Source: Flavobacteriales bacterium (GTDB taxonomy: Bacteria > Bacteroidota > Bacteroidia > Flavobacteriales_F > PHOS-HE28). From it: a DNA stretch of 64,000 bases. The notes under the pieces are model-generated. The model made no database searches and was not told the DNA's origin. It saw only the letters and a program-made list of their open reading frames with translations. Position numbers and translations under genes: made by a program. The stretch is from positions 3,774 to 67,773 of the forward strand of contig JBKDXR010000085.1 in assembly GCA_046306055.1 (NCBI GenBank), given 5' to 3'. This document shows positions 45,268 to 55,460 of the stretch, in pieces. Each line of letters opens with the position of its first letter. Position 1 is the first letter of the stretch.

Positions 45268-46848
45268 TCAGCGCACCTTCAACAGGCTTCGGACCTGTTG
45301 GACACCTTCGTTCTGTAGCCGCGCGTAATAGACCCCTGCCGGCAATGGCCCCAGGTCCACGTCCACCTTGTGCACACCCGCCGGCATGGGCTGGTTCAGC
45401 ACGGTCTGCAGCAATTGCCCCTGTTCGTTGTAAACCTGGATCAACACGCTGCCGCCATTGCTGACAAATTCGAGCGAGGTGCGTTCGGTGAAGGGGTTCG
45501 GATAGGCCTGCAACAGGTTGTCGCCCGCCCGTTGGTTGATGGCGTGAACACTGGTGCCAAGGCACCCACCGGGGTCGATGAGCTCCAGTGGTTGGTAGGT
45601 CTCGAGCAGCACGGTGTCGAGGTCGCTGTCCGAGAGGCAGAACCAGTCCTTCAGCACGCTGGCATACACCGAACGGAAATCGTACTGCATGGCCAGGTTG
45701 GTCTGGAAGGTGGCGTTGACAGGGATCTCGGGGTTGGTGCCGGTCATCCCGGGGATCACCTTGCTGCCAAAGAGGAACATGGGCTGGGCGCTCCCGTGGT
45801 CGGTACCCAGCGAGGCATTGTCCACGATGCGTCGGCCGAACTCACTAAAGGTCATGCCCATCACGCGGTCCTCCAGGTCCAGCAGTTGCAGGTCGTCCTG
45901 GAAGGCATGGATGGCATCGCTCAGGCCTTTCAGCAGATCGGCGTGCGCGCCCAAGGTGTGGTCGCTGGCCACCACTTGTTGGGCGTGCGTATCAAAGCCG
46001 CCGATGCTCACCCAATAGATCTTGGTCTTCAGCCCCCCGCAGATCAGCTGCGCCACGATCTTCAGTGCGGAGGCCAGTTCAGCGCCCGGCGCATTGCCGG
46101 TGGGGTAGAGGGTGCTCTGGTTGCACCCCGATACGGCCGCGGCCTCGATCACATCACCGTAGAGGTCGGTCTGCCGTTGCACCTGGCGCACGAAGTCGAG
46201 CTTGCCTCCGCTGCAAAGCGCGCTGGCCGGATCGTTGTAGATGTTGCCGGTCAGGTTCAACGGGTCGTCGGTGTTGAAGATGGCCGTGCCCATGCTCACG
46301 CCCATGTATTGCAGGCCAGGCCCCACCACGCCACCCACGCGAATGGCCAGTGGGTCGGGCATATCATCGTTCGGATAGCCCGCCGGGAAGTTGGGATACT
46401 CCAGGTTCAGGTAGCGGCCCGTCCATCCCGAACTGAGCAATTGGTCGCTGTTGGCGCCGGTCTCGTAAATGTCCGTGGCGCGGAAGTGGGAGAAGTTGGG
46501 TTCGGGATAGCTCACGCCTTGCACGATGCGCAGTTTGCCATCCTCCCACAGCTCGCGCAGCCCGCCCATCGAAGGGTGGAAGGCGGTGCTCGATGTTCCA
46601 GTGAGCGACAATGTGGCGTTCTGTGGAATGAGGACGTTGGGCCGTTTGGTGGCCAGCACGCCGTACTGGTCCAGCGGGATCACGGTGTTCAATCCATCGT
46701 TGCCCCCGAACAGTTGCACGATCACCAGCACACGGTCCTCGGTCTCAGAGCTACGCAGGGCACTTAGCAGGGGGCTGGAGAAGCCCTGCACGGTGAACCC
46801 ACCGATGGTGGCCGCTGCCGAACTGCGAAGGAAGTTTCTTCTGTTCAT
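45268..46848 (-). CDS. DUF1501 family protein with Tat signal and T9SS CTD
   Basis: MNRRNFLR; QLFGGNDGLNTVIP, PNFSHFRATD, GGFDTH, FSEFGRR, GTDHG; AYPNPF CTD. Confidence 0.92.
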   Translation of the reverse strand: MNRRNFLRSSAAATIGGFTVQGFSSPLLSALRSSETEDRVLVIVQLFGGNDGLNTVIPLDQYGVLATKRPNVLIPQNATLSLTGTSSTAFHPSMGGLRELWEDGKLRIVQGVSYPEPNFSHFRATDIYETGANSDQLLSSGWTGRYLNLEYPNFPAGYPNDDMPDPLAIRVGGVVGPGLQYMGVSMGTAIFNTDDPLNLTGNIYNDPASALCSGGKLDFVRQVQRQTDLYGDVIEAAAVSGCNQSTLYPTGNAPGAELASALKIVAQLICGGLKTKIYWVSIGGFDTHAQQVVASDHTLGAHADLLKGLSDAIHAFQDDLQLLDLEDRVMGMTFSEFGRRIVDNASLGTDHGSAQPMFLFGSKVIPGMTGTNPEIPVNATFQTNLAMQYDFRSVYASVLKDWFCLSDSDLDTVLLETYQPLELIDPGGCLGTSVHAINQRAGDNLLQAYPNPFTERTSLEFVSNGGSVLIQVYNEQGQLLQTVLNQPMPAGVHKVDVDLGPLPAGVYYARLQNEGVQQVRSLLKVR

Positions 46849-46853
46849 GGCGT

Positions 46854-48524
46854 TCAGTGGAGTTGGGTCTCGGCGGCACCGGACATGTCGAGGAAGAGCC
46901 AGAGCAGCAGGCTGGGCACCAATTGAGCGGTCATGTCCGTGGTGTTCGGGTCGTTCACGTAGAGCTCATAGGCGTCGCTCCAGTAGAAGTCACTTTGCTG
47001 CCCCAGCAGCAGGTAGCTTGTCTTCAACTGGTTGCGCACGGCGGTGGAGATGGGCACGGCCATCAGCAGTTCGGCCGCTTCGGCCACCACCACGTTCGGG
47101 TCCATGGCATTGTTGAACTGGCCCACCAGCTGCACCAGGTCCACTTTGAACAGCAGGTTCCTGCTTTCCACTTGGTACAGGTTGTTCGGGGTGCTGAACC
47201 CCGTGTACAGGATCCCTTGCAGGCTGAAGTTGCGCGCCGGGTAGGTGGCGGTGTCCAACCAGATGTCGTCGTAGCTGGGGAATTGGTAGTAGGCCGACCA
47301 ACCCGCCACGTTCGGTGGGTTCAGCAGTTCCTGTCCGCAGTAGGCGGTCAACCAATAAATGTCCCGCCACACGCGGTACTGCGCTTCGAATTGTTGCGGT
47401 GTGGGCTGTGGCATGTTCAGCTTTCGGATGGAACCGATCACCAGGTCGGCCGGGCTCATCACCATGCAGGCACGCACCTGCTCACTGAAGAAATGCTCGC
47501 TCGTGAGCAGGGCATGCATCACGGTGTGTATTTGGTCCGGTGCCGAGGCATTGTCGCGGAACAGTTGTGCCAAAGGCACGATCACTTCCGCTTCGGCGCT
47601 CGCATCGATCTCTCCGTGCACGAAGAAGCGGTATAGTTCGCGGCACATGAAGAGCGACACTTCCTCCTTCGCGAAGATCATGTCCAGTAAGGCGTTCAGT
47701 TCCGTGGCACCGGCATCGGCTCCGGTCTGTCCCTGGATCACTGTGTTGTTGAAGAAGCCGCTGAACTGCTTGTTGGTGGTGTCGTGCTGGTTGGGCCGGA
47801 AGAGCGTGAACGGCAGCACCGGTGTGCCGGCGATGTCGGTCTCGCGAACGGTCCAGCCGGTCAGTACGCGGGCCGCGGCCTGCACATCGCCCTCGGTATA
47901 GCCGCTGCCTTCCCCCAGGGTGAAGAGCTCCATCAGCTCGCGGGCGTAATTCTCATCGGGGGCCGTGGCGGTGTTCTGGTTGCCGTTCAGGTAGATGAGC
48001 ATGGCCCCGCTGGTGCTCACCTCGTACATCAGCTGCCTGAAGTTGCCGAGCGCATGCGTGCGCAGGAGTTGGTCGTACTCATAGCTCAGCCTCGGATTGA
48101 ACACTTGGAACACTTGCGTGGGCATGTGGTTGTTCCAGAACAGCACCAGCTTCTCGCGCATGGTCCGGTCCTGTTGCACCATCAGGCCCGTGCGCCACCA
48201 CATGTAGCTCTGTATACGGGCGCCGGTCAGGTCCGTCAATTCCATGTCGTTGTTGCCGTACCTCGGAGTGTCCACCCACGTACTGCCGAAGGGTACCTGT
48301 GGGTCCACCGCATTGGGGTCCGGTGCGTTCGGTGGCCCGGACGTATAGGCCTTGATCGGTGGTGCCGCATCATTGGTGAAGGCGAGCAGCGCATCGACCA
48401 CCTGGTCCAGCGAGTTGCCGTTGAAATGGGCCAGATCGGCATTGGAGCATCCGAAGATCGTGCGCCGCAGCAGATGGGTCAGTTCCGGTCTGCCGAACGG
48501 TCCGGAGTAAGGGGTGATTGGCAT
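46854..48524 (-). CDS. DUF1800 family protein
   Basis: HLLRRTIFG, REKLVLFWNNH, AMLIYL, ENYARELMELFTLG, ARVLTGW, PPNVAGW. Confidence 0.92.
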   Translation of the reverse strand: MPITPYSGPFGRPELTHLLRRTIFGCSNADLAHFNGNSLDQVVDALLAFTNDAAPPIKAYTSGPPNAPDPNAVDPQVPFGSTWVDTPRYGNNDMELTDLTGARIQSYMWWRTGLMVQQDRTMREKLVLFWNNHMPTQVFQVFNPRLSYEYDQLLRTHALGNFRQLMYEVSTSGAMLIYLNGNQNTATAPDENYARELMELFTLGEGSGYTEGDVQAAARVLTGWTVRETDIAGTPVLPFTLFRPNQHDTTNKQFSGFFNNTVIQGQTGADAGATELNALLDMIFAKEEVSLFMCRELYRFFVHGEIDASAEAEVIVPLAQLFRDNASAPDQIHTVMHALLTSEHFFSEQVRACMVMSPADLVIGSIRKLNMPQPTPQQFEAQYRVWRDIYWLTAYCGQELLNPPNVAGWSAYYQFPSYDDIWLDTATYPARNFSLQGILYTGFSTPNNLYQVESRNLLFKVDLVQLVGQFNNAMDPNVVVAEAAELLMAVPISTAVRNQLKTSYLLLGQQSDFYWSDAYELYVNDPNTTDMTAQLVPSLLLWLFLDMSGAAETQLH

Positions 48525-48702
48525 GCGATCGTTGCCTTTGGTGATTGGGACACCGGAAGTGATCGAAAGTTAGATCGGTGTCAGCGGATCGGTCCACGGT
48601 CCTTCGACAGAAAGCCCCCGGTCTCCTGTTGAAATGTGTTGGACGGTTGATGAACGAAGGATGGACATCCGTTACTGGCGTTGCACTAACGATCTTCGGG
48701 CC

Positions 48703-49464
48703 ATGAAACTTGTTTCGTTCAACGTCAACGGTATTCGGGCCAGCGTGGGCAAGGGCCTTCACGACACGCTCCTTCAGCTTGATGCCGACATCATCTGCTT
48801 CCAGGAGACCAAGGCCACGCCCGAGCAGGTGGCCGCGGCGCTCGCCGGTGCCAATGGCTACCATGTGAACGCCTATGGTGCAATGAAGGCCGGCTACAGC
48901 GGTACGGCCATCGCCAGCAAGGAGAAACCCGCGAAAGTGGATTTCGGCATCGGTATGCCAGGGCACGACGACGAAGGGCGTGTGGTCACGTGCACGTTCA
49001 AGGAGGTGGTGGTGGTCTGTGTGTACACGCCCAACAGTGGCGAGGGCCTGAAACGACTGGATTACCGGGGCGAGTGGGACGAGGCCTTCCGCACGTATGT
49101 GAACAAGCTGGCCAAGGGCAAACTGCCGGTCATCATTACTGGTGATCTTAATGTGGCGCACCAGCCCATCGACATCGCGCGGCCCAAGGAGAACTACAAC
49201 AAGACGAGTGGCTACACGCAGCTGGAGATAGATGGCATGAGCGCCCTGCTCACCTCCGGCTGGGTGGATACGTTCCGGCACTTACACCCGGATGTGGTGA
49301 AGTACAGCTGGTGGAGCCAGCGCTTCGGTGCCCGCGCCAAGAACGTGGGCTGGCGCATCGACTACGTGCTGGTCACCAGAGGCTTCGAGAAGAAGGTGAA
49401 GGAGGCCTTCATTCTGAACGAGGTCATGGGCAGTGATCACTGTCCGGTGGGGATCGTGTGGTAG
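48703..49464 (+). CDS. xth: Exodeoxyribonuclease III
   Basis: SFNVNGIRA, QETK, GYSG, EGRV, YTPN, GDLNVAH, GWRIDY, GSDHCPV. Confidence 0.96.
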   Translation: MKLVSFNVNGIRASVGKGLHDTLLQLDADIICFQETKATPEQVAAALAGANGYHVNAYGAMKAGYSGTAIASKEKPAKVDFGIGMPGHDDEGRVVTCTFKEVVVVCVYTPNSGEGLKRLDYRGEWDEAFRTYVNKLAKGKLPVIITGDLNVAHQPIDIARPKENYNKTSGYTQLEIDGMSALLTSGWVDTFRHLHPDVVKYSWWSQRFGARAKNVGWRIDYVLVTRGFEKKVKEAFILNEVMGSDHCPVGIVW

Positions 49465-49504
49465 ACCATGTGCTCATGTGACCATGTGGACATGTGCACA
49501 TGGC
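49465..49504. repeat. 8-bp short tandem repeat (nnCATGTG x5)
   Basis: accatgtg ctcatgtg accatgtg gacatgtg cacatggc. Confidence 0.8.
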
Positions 49505-49528
49505 CTCAACAACTGAACCGGACCGACC

Positions 49529-49948
49529 ATGAATAACCTTTTGCGACTCGAAGAGCTTGCGCAGTTCCTGGCGTGCTTGATCGTCTTTATCATTGTCAGT
49601 GCACCATGGTGGGTCTATGTACTGCTCATCATTGGACCGGACATTGGAATGTTGGGCTACCTCGTGAGCGCTAGGGTCGGCGCGTTCTCCTACAACCTCA
49701 TGCACCATAAGCTGACCGCCATTGTTGTTGGTCTGCTTCTGCCATATCTGGTCCACGAATTCGCTGGTCCGGATGGATGGCTTGAAGACCTGTATGTTCC
49801 ATTGGTGTATTCCGGCATCATCCTTCTTGGCCACTCTGCCATGGACCGCATCTTCGGCTATGGCCTCAAGTTCGGCGACAACTTCCACCACACCCACCTG
49901 GGCTGGATCGGCAAGAACAAGGGGCAGGAGCGGGCTCAGGTTCAATGA
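49529..49948 (+). CDS. DUF4260 family membrane protein
   Basis: LLRLEE, PDIGMLGY, GAFSYNLMH, HSAMDRIFGYGLK..DNFHHTHLG. Confidence 0.9.
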   Translation: MNNLLRLEELAQFLACLIVFIIVSAPWWVYVLLIIGPDIGMLGYLVSARVGAFSYNLMHHKLTAIVVGLLLPYLVHEFAGPDGWLEDLYVPLVYSGIILLGHSAMDRIFGYGLKFGDNFHHTHLGWIGKNKGQERAQVQ

Positions 49949-49999
49949 CATGTTCATTCCCTTCCCTTCGCGGTCCTTTCTGGCCTCGACCCCGGACCA

Positions 50000-50048
50000 G
50001 CAAGTTGCCACTTGGCACTTGTCCCTTGTGACTTGACACTTGCATCTT
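50000..50048. repeat. 7-bp short tandem repeat (GnnnCTT-like, x7)
   Basis: gcaagtt gccactt ggcactt gtccctt gtgactt gacactt gcatctt. Confidence 0.8.
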
Positions 50049-50052
50049 CCTC

Positions 50053-50616
50053 ATGCGCATCCTCCTCCTCGACAACTACGACAGCTTCACGTGGAACCTT
50101 CACCACCTGTTGGAGCCGCATGCCGATGTCGATGTGGTCTTCAACGATGCCATCACTGTGGACGAGGCCGCGCGGTACGATCGTATCGTGCTGTCGCCCG
50201 GTCCGGGATTGCCTGCTGAGGGCGGGGTCATGATGGAGCTCTTGGAGAAGTTGATGCCCACACATCCCATCCTTGGGGTCTGTTTGGGCATGCAGGCCAT
50301 GGTGGAAGTGTGCGGTGGCACGCTCTATAACCAGGAACGCGTCATGCACGGTGTCTCCGTGCCCTGTGTGCCGGAGGAGCCATGCGATCCGTTGTTCGCG
50401 GACCTTTCTTTGCCCTTCGAGGTCGGTCTGTACCATAGCTGGGCCGCCGATCCGGCCACACTGCCATCTTCACTGCGCATCACGGCCCGTAGTGAACAAG
50501 GCGTCATCATGGGGGTGCGTCATCACCACTTCGATGTGTGCGGGGTGCAGTTCCATCCGGAAAGCGTTCTCACACCCTTGGGTGCCCGTATCGTGGCCAA
50601 CTGGGTGGGCCGATAG
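50053..50616 (+). CDS. Anthranilate/aminodeoxychorismate synthase component II (TrpG/PabA)
   Basis: LDNYDSFT, LSPGPG, LGVCLGMQ, YHS, GVQFHPES. Confidence 0.93.
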   Translation: MRILLLDNYDSFTWNLHHLLEPHADVDVVFNDAITVDEAARYDRIVLSPGPGLPAEGGVMMELLEKLMPTHPILGVCLGMQAMVEVCGGTLYNQERVMHGVSVPCVPEEPCDPLFADLSLPFEVGLYHSWAADPATLPSSLRITARSEQGVIMGVRHHHFDVCGVQFHPESVLTPLGARIVANWVGR

Positions 50617-50636
50617 GCCTGCCCGTATCCGGCGCT

Positions 50637-53126
50637 TCAATACAACCGGTTGCCCGGTGCAGGCCCGATCGGCAATCGCTGTTCCACCTTCAGGTCGCGC
50701 AGAATGCTGGCCTTCACGTTCAGGCGTATCATGTAGCTCTTGCGCTCACCGAAGGGGATGATGTTGGCGTTGAACTCCCAGCAGTGCAGGTCCCAATACA
50801 GGTTCAGCGAGGTGGGGGTGAGCTCCTCAGCGACCATGTCATAGCCGCTGCTCACGCCCAACTTCCAGTATTTCAGAATGGTCACGTCGCCATTGAAGAG
50901 CACGCTCTGCCGCTCGCTATCGGTATACGTATCGTTGAAGTAGGCCCGGTTGATGTCGTAGCTGTAGTTCACCCCGAGCCTCCAGGGCATGTTGAAGCTC
51001 TGGCGCGAGCCCTTCGTGGGGTCGCTGTCCTCCACCACGCGTTGTTCGCTGCCGGTATTGGTGTCGTTCACGGGCTGTCCATAGCGCTTGCTCTTCAGGT
51101 CGAAGCCCACGGCCACGTTGGTGTAGACCATACGCGCCAGCTTGCCGCTCACCGACCGTTCACTACGCTCGATGCGTTGGCCACTGGTGTTCACGGCATA
51201 AGGGTCCCAGATGCTCACCAGGTTCACGTTCACCAGGTTGAACAGCGCGGTGCGTGCCGACAGGTTCACCGGCGACCAGCGCACCGAATCGCGCAGCATG
51301 TCGTAGCTGCTGTTGATGCCCAGGAAGTCGATGAGCTTCATCTTCTTGAACTGGGTGTTCACGCTGTCGCGGCTCGCCTTGCCATCGCGCACCTTGGCCT
51401 CCACGTTCTGGATCAGGCCCAGGTTAAGGGTTCCGCTCTCGCCGGCAGCCGGCTTGCCATAGATGCCGATATCATAGGGGGAATAACTTCCGGGGGTACC
51501 ATTGGGGCCGTACGGGCCGAACACCTCGGTGCTCTGATCGGGCCGGTAGGTGAGGCCCACGCTCGGTGTCAGCGTGTGGCGGATGGCCTTCAGGCGTTCA
51601 CCGCGGAAAATGTACATGCCGTAGAGCTTGCTGGTGAGCGTGGCACCCGCGCCCCATTCACCCACGCGGCTGAAGCCCGGGACGGTGTCCGTGATCGTGG
51701 TGTCCGCATCCGGAAAGTAGGTCTTGCGGAGCGTTTCGGTGTACCAGCGCTCGATGAAGCGGAACTCGGGATTGAGCGTGAAGAAGCGGCTCTTGAACGT
51801 GGTGGTCACCGAGGTGGACTGACGCACACCGTTCTGCATCTGCTTCGCCAGGCGGGAAATGTTCCCCAGGTAGATCTGGTCCTCGGTGGTGCTGAGCCGA
51901 TTGTCGAAGTTGGCGGTGTAGTTCACGGCCAGTTGGTCGTACCAACGGCTCGGCGCCCCTGCGGGTCGTAGCATCTGTATGGGTAGGATGCGTTGCAGGT
52001 TGAAGGTGGCCGAAGGCAACGTGATATCGAACGTCTGGTTCAACGTGTTCTGGCTGTGCCGCATGCTCACCGCCAGGTTGTAGGGCTTGCCGGTCCAGAG
52101 GTGCGTCCATTGCACGTTGCTCTGGAAGGTGTTGCTCAGGTAATCGTTGAAACTGCTGTTGAAGTTGTTGGTGAAGTTGTTGCTGGTACCCACGTTCACA
52201 CTGGCGCTGAAGCGGTCGGTGAGGCTGGCCTTGGTGTCCATCAGGTGGTTCCAGCGCACGAAGAAGTTCTGCTGCTTGCTGAAATCAGGGAAGTCCGGGT
52301 CGCTGTTGAGCAGGGTGCTATGGCTGAGGTTGAGGTTGCCGCTGTAGCGGTAGCGAGTACGGTACCTGGCCAGTGCGCGTGCCGCCCAGCTGCCTTTGCT
52401 GTAGATGTCGCCCGTCAGCTGCAGGTCAAAGTGGTCGTTCACGGGCAGATAATAGCCGCCGTTGAGGAGGAAGAAGCCCAGGTTCGCATTGTCGCCCCAG
52501 GTGGGGATGAGCACGCCTCCGCTGCCGCCTTTGCGGTTGGGGAAGGTGGCGAAGGGCATGGCCAGAGGGGTGGGTACATTGCCCACTTTCATGTACGCCG
52601 GACCGGCCACGATCTTGTCATCGGGCACTACGATCATGCGGCTCACCTTGAAGTGATAGTGAGGGTGGGGGCGGTCGCAAGTGGTGAGCATACCTCCCTT
52701 GCCGTGTACTTCGCCATTGGGATGGCGTTTGCTCAGGCCGGCGCTCAGCCAGGCCGTCTGTTCCTCGGTGCGAACCTCGCGGATCATGCCGGTCTTCGTG
52801 CGGAAGTTGTACCGGATGCTGTCGGCATCGATGGTATGCCCGTCCTGTGCGAACTGGGGCTTGCCCACCACCGACCCGGTGCTGTCCGGTGCACCAAATG
52901 CACTGGCCTCTTCGTTCTTGAAGCTGAAGGAGATGCGTTCCGCGGTTAGCTGGATGCCCTGGTATTTCACCGTGGCAGCACCAAAGAGGTACACGGTTTG
53001 CTCCTTCAGGTCGTAGCGGATACTGTCCCGCGCCTCGTACCGCACTTCGCTCTGCAGCACCTGGGCGCTGAGCGGTAGGGCCGCACACATCAACACAGCC
53101 GTGATGAAAACTGCACTGGTCCGCAT
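50637..53126 (-). CDS. lptD: Putative LPS assembly protein LptD (Bacteroidota type)
   Basis: YEARDSI..., LTTCDRPHPHY, GFFLLNGGYY, GDIYSKGSW, DLHCWE, ILRDLK. Confidence 0.9.
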   Translation of the reverse strand: MRTSAVFITAVLMCAALPLSAQVLQSEVRYEARDSIRYDLKEQTVYLFGAATVKYQGIQLTAERISFSFKNEEASAFGAPDSTGSVVGKPQFAQDGHTIDADSIRYNFRTKTGMIREVRTEEQTAWLSAGLSKRHPNGEVHGKGGMLTTCDRPHPHYHFKVSRMIVVPDDKIVAGPAYMKVGNVPTPLAMPFATFPNRKGGSGGVLIPTWGDNANLGFFLLNGGYYLPVNDHFDLQLTGDIYSKGSWAARALARYRTRYRYSGNLNLSHSTLLNSDPDFPDFSKQQNFFVRWNHLMDTKASLTDRFSASVNVGTSNNFTNNFNSSFNDYLSNTFQSNVQWTHLWTGKPYNLAVSMRHSQNTLNQTFDITLPSATFNLQRILPIQMLRPAGAPSRWYDQLAVNYTANFDNRLSTTEDQIYLGNISRLAKQMQNGVRQSTSVTTTFKSRFFTLNPEFRFIERWYTETLRKTYFPDADTTITDTVPGFSRVGEWGAGATLTSKLYGMYIFRGERLKAIRHTLTPSVGLTYRPDQSTEVFGPYGPNGTPGSYSPYDIGIYGKPAAGESGTLNLGLIQNVEAKVRDGKASRDSVNTQFKKMKLIDFLGINSSYDMLRDSVRWSPVNLSARTALFNLVNVNLVSIWDPYAVNTSGQRIERSERSVSGKLARMVYTNVAVGFDLKSKRYGQPVNDTNTGSEQRVVEDSDPTKGSRQSFNMPWRLGVNYSYDINRAYFNDTYTDSERQSVLFNGDVTILKYWKLGVSSGYDMVAEELTPTSLNLYWDLHCWEFNANIIPFGERKSYMIRLNVKASILRDLKVEQRLPIGPAPGNRLY

Positions 53127-53250
53127 CGGGGTCCGCAGCAGCGGGCCGGTAGTTTCGCCCCTGAAAGGCCGGATGCGAGGCGGTAACGTCATGGTCCAGC
53201 CTTTCCCACGGAAAAGCGGGCCGAAATTAACGGATCGCCTTCCGCGTGCC

Positions 53251-54414
53251 ATGGAACGAACACCGCGTGTGCTGAAGTATGTCCTGTTGCTGGCCGTTCT
53301 CTTAACGGTCGCTTCCAGCGCGCCCGCACAAACGCAGGGGCGCGATCCGCACCGTATCCGCACCGTGGTGCTCGACGCCGGTCATGGTGGCAAGGACCCC
53401 GGCAACCTCGGTACCGGCCGCTACAAGACCACGGAGAAGCACGTCTCGCTCAATGTGGCCAAGCTGGTGGGCAAGTACCTCAACGAGGCCTATCCGGACA
53501 TCAAGGTGGTGTACACCCGCGAGGATGACCGCTTCATTGAACTGATGGAGCGCACCCAGATCGCCAACCGGGCCAAGGCGGACGTGTTCATCAGCATTCA
53601 CTGCAACGCCAACGACAGCAAGGACCCCCACGGCTGCGAGACCTATGTGATGGGCCTTCACAAGACCGAAGCGAACATGCGGGTGGCGCAGAAGGAGAAC
53701 GCTGCCATCCTGTTGGAGGACGGCCACGAGCTGAAGTACGACGGCTATGACCCCAAGGACCCCGAGAGCCAGATCGCACTGAGCCTGCGCCAGAACGTGC
53801 ACCTGGAGCAGAGCCTGTTGCTCAGTTCGCTCATCCAGAAGCAGTTCAGGGAGCGTGTGGGCCGGCCGGACCGGGGTGTGAAACAGGCCGGTTTCCTGGT
53901 CATCAGCTACACCACCATGCCGGCCGTGCTCATCGAGCTGGGCTTCCTCACCAACCCCAAGGAGGAGGATTTCCTTCAGGAGGCCGAGGGCCAGGACTAC
54001 ATGGCCAGTGCCATCTACCGGGCCTTCAAGGAATACAAGGGCATTGTGGAGGGGGGGGCGGTGCCTGCGCCCGAGACGAAGCCTGCCCGCCCGGACAGCA
54101 CACATGTGGCGCTCCCGGACAACAGCACCAAGCCTGCGGCCCCGCCTGCCGTGGTCTTCAAGGTCCAGGTGGTCACCAGCAACAAGCGCATCGAAACGAA
54201 GCCCTCCAACTTCAATGGACTGGAAGGGGTGGAGGAGCAGAAGGGTGCCGGTGTATACCGCTACACGGTGGGTAACGAGCCGACCTTGGAAAGGGCGCGC
54301 GAAGTGCAGAAACGCTGCAGGGACAAGGGTTACGACGGGGCGTTCATCGTCGCGTTCAAGGACGGACAACGGATCGATCTGCAGGAAGCCCTTAAATTGG
54401 CCGGGGCTCGCTGA
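53251..54414 (+). CDS. N-acetylmuramoyl-L-alanine amidase (Amidase_3) with SPOR-like C-terminus
   Basis: VVLDAGHGGKDPG, EK, FISIHCN, GVKQAGFLV, PAVLIELGFLTN. Confidence 0.95.
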   Translation: MERTPRVLKYVLLLAVLLTVASSAPAQTQGRDPHRIRTVVLDAGHGGKDPGNLGTGRYKTTEKHVSLNVAKLVGKYLNEAYPDIKVVYTREDDRFIELMERTQIANRAKADVFISIHCNANDSKDPHGCETYVMGLHKTEANMRVAQKENAAILLEDGHELKYDGYDPKDPESQIALSLRQNVHLEQSLLLSSLIQKQFRERVGRPDRGVKQAGFLVISYTTMPAVLIELGFLTNPKEEDFLQEAEGQDYMASAIYRAFKEYKGIVEGGAVPAPETKPARPDSTHVALPDNSTKPAAPPAVVFKVQVVTSNKRIETKPSNFNGLEGVEEQKGAGVYRYTVGNEPTLERAREVQKRCRDKGYDGAFIVAFKDGQRIDLQEALKLAGAR

Positions 54415-54431
54415 AAGCGGCCGTTCACTGG

Positions 54432-55460
54432 ATGAAGCTCAAGCGCGAGTACAGCATTGCCTTGGTGGTCCTGGGAAGTCTGGGACTATTGATCTTCGGC
54501 ATCAATTTTCTCAAGGGTGTCGACCTGTTGCAGCGGCGTAACGTGTACCATGCCGTGTACGGTGATGTGTCCGGGGTCACCGGCTCCAGCCCCGTCTTCT
54601 TCCGGGGCATGAAAGTGGGTCAGGTGATCCGCACCCAGCTCGTGCCCGATGGCAGCGGTCGCATCGCGGTAAGCTTCCAGATCGACAACGACGACCTGCG
54701 TGTGCCGCGTGACTCGAAGGTGCAGATCTACAGCGCCGATCTCTTTTCACGCGCCTTGCAGATCATCCCGGGCACCAGCAGCGACCTGGCATCGAAGGGA
54801 GATACGCTCTTGGGCGATGCGCAACTGAGCTTGACGGATGCCGTGGGGGAACAGATCGACCCCCTGAAGCGCAAGGCCGAGCACATGCTGGCCAATGTGG
54901 ATTCGGTCCTGTCCGGCCTCAACCGCGTCCTGAACGATTCGGCCATCGGCGATATCGATGCCAGCTTCTCCAGCATCCGCAACACGCTCGAGACCTTTAA
55001 CGCCACCAGCCGCAGGCTCGATGCCATGATCGCGGTGGAGTCGCAGGCCGTGCATTCCACCCTGGAGAACCTGCGCAAAGTGTCGGAGAACCTGGTGGCG
55101 TACAATACCCATATCGCCAGCATCCTGCAGAACATGGACACCCTGAGCGGGACCTTGAACGGCGCCGAGGTGAAGCAGATGGTGGCCGACCTCAACGCCA
55201 GCACCGCCAAGCTGAAGGGCCTCATGGAAGGCCTTGAGGCCGGGCAGGGTTCGCTGGGTCAGCTGATGAAGAACGATACGCTCTACGCCAACCTCGAGGC
55301 GGCCACGCATGAACTGGACCTGTTGTTGGAGGATATGCGGTTGAACCCGAACAGATATGTCCATTTTTCGTTGTTCGGTAAGAAGGACAAACAGCCCAAG
55401 CTGACCGATAGCGACATCGACCGCATCGCGAAGGCCTTGCGCGAAGCCAACAAGCCATGA
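54432..55460 (+). CDS. MlaD/MCE family protein
   Basis: N-terminal TM; SPVFFRGMKVGQV; helical C-terminus ending NPNRYVHFSLFG. Confidence 0.92.
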   Translation: MKLKREYSIALVVLGSLGLLIFGINFLKGVDLLQRRNVYHAVYGDVSGVTGSSPVFFRGMKVGQVIRTQLVPDGSGRIAVSFQIDNDDLRVPRDSKVQIYSADLFSRALQIIPGTSSDLASKGDTLLGDAQLSLTDAVGEQIDPLKRKAEHMLANVDSVLSGLNRVLNDSAIGDIDASFSSIRNTLETFNATSRRLDAMIAVESQAVHSTLENLRKVSENLVAYNTHIASILQNMDTLSGTLNGAEVKQMVADLNASTAKLKGLMEGLEAGQGSLGQLMKNDTLYANLEAATHELDLLLEDMRLNPNRYVHFSLFGKKDKQPKLTDSDIDRIAKALREANKP

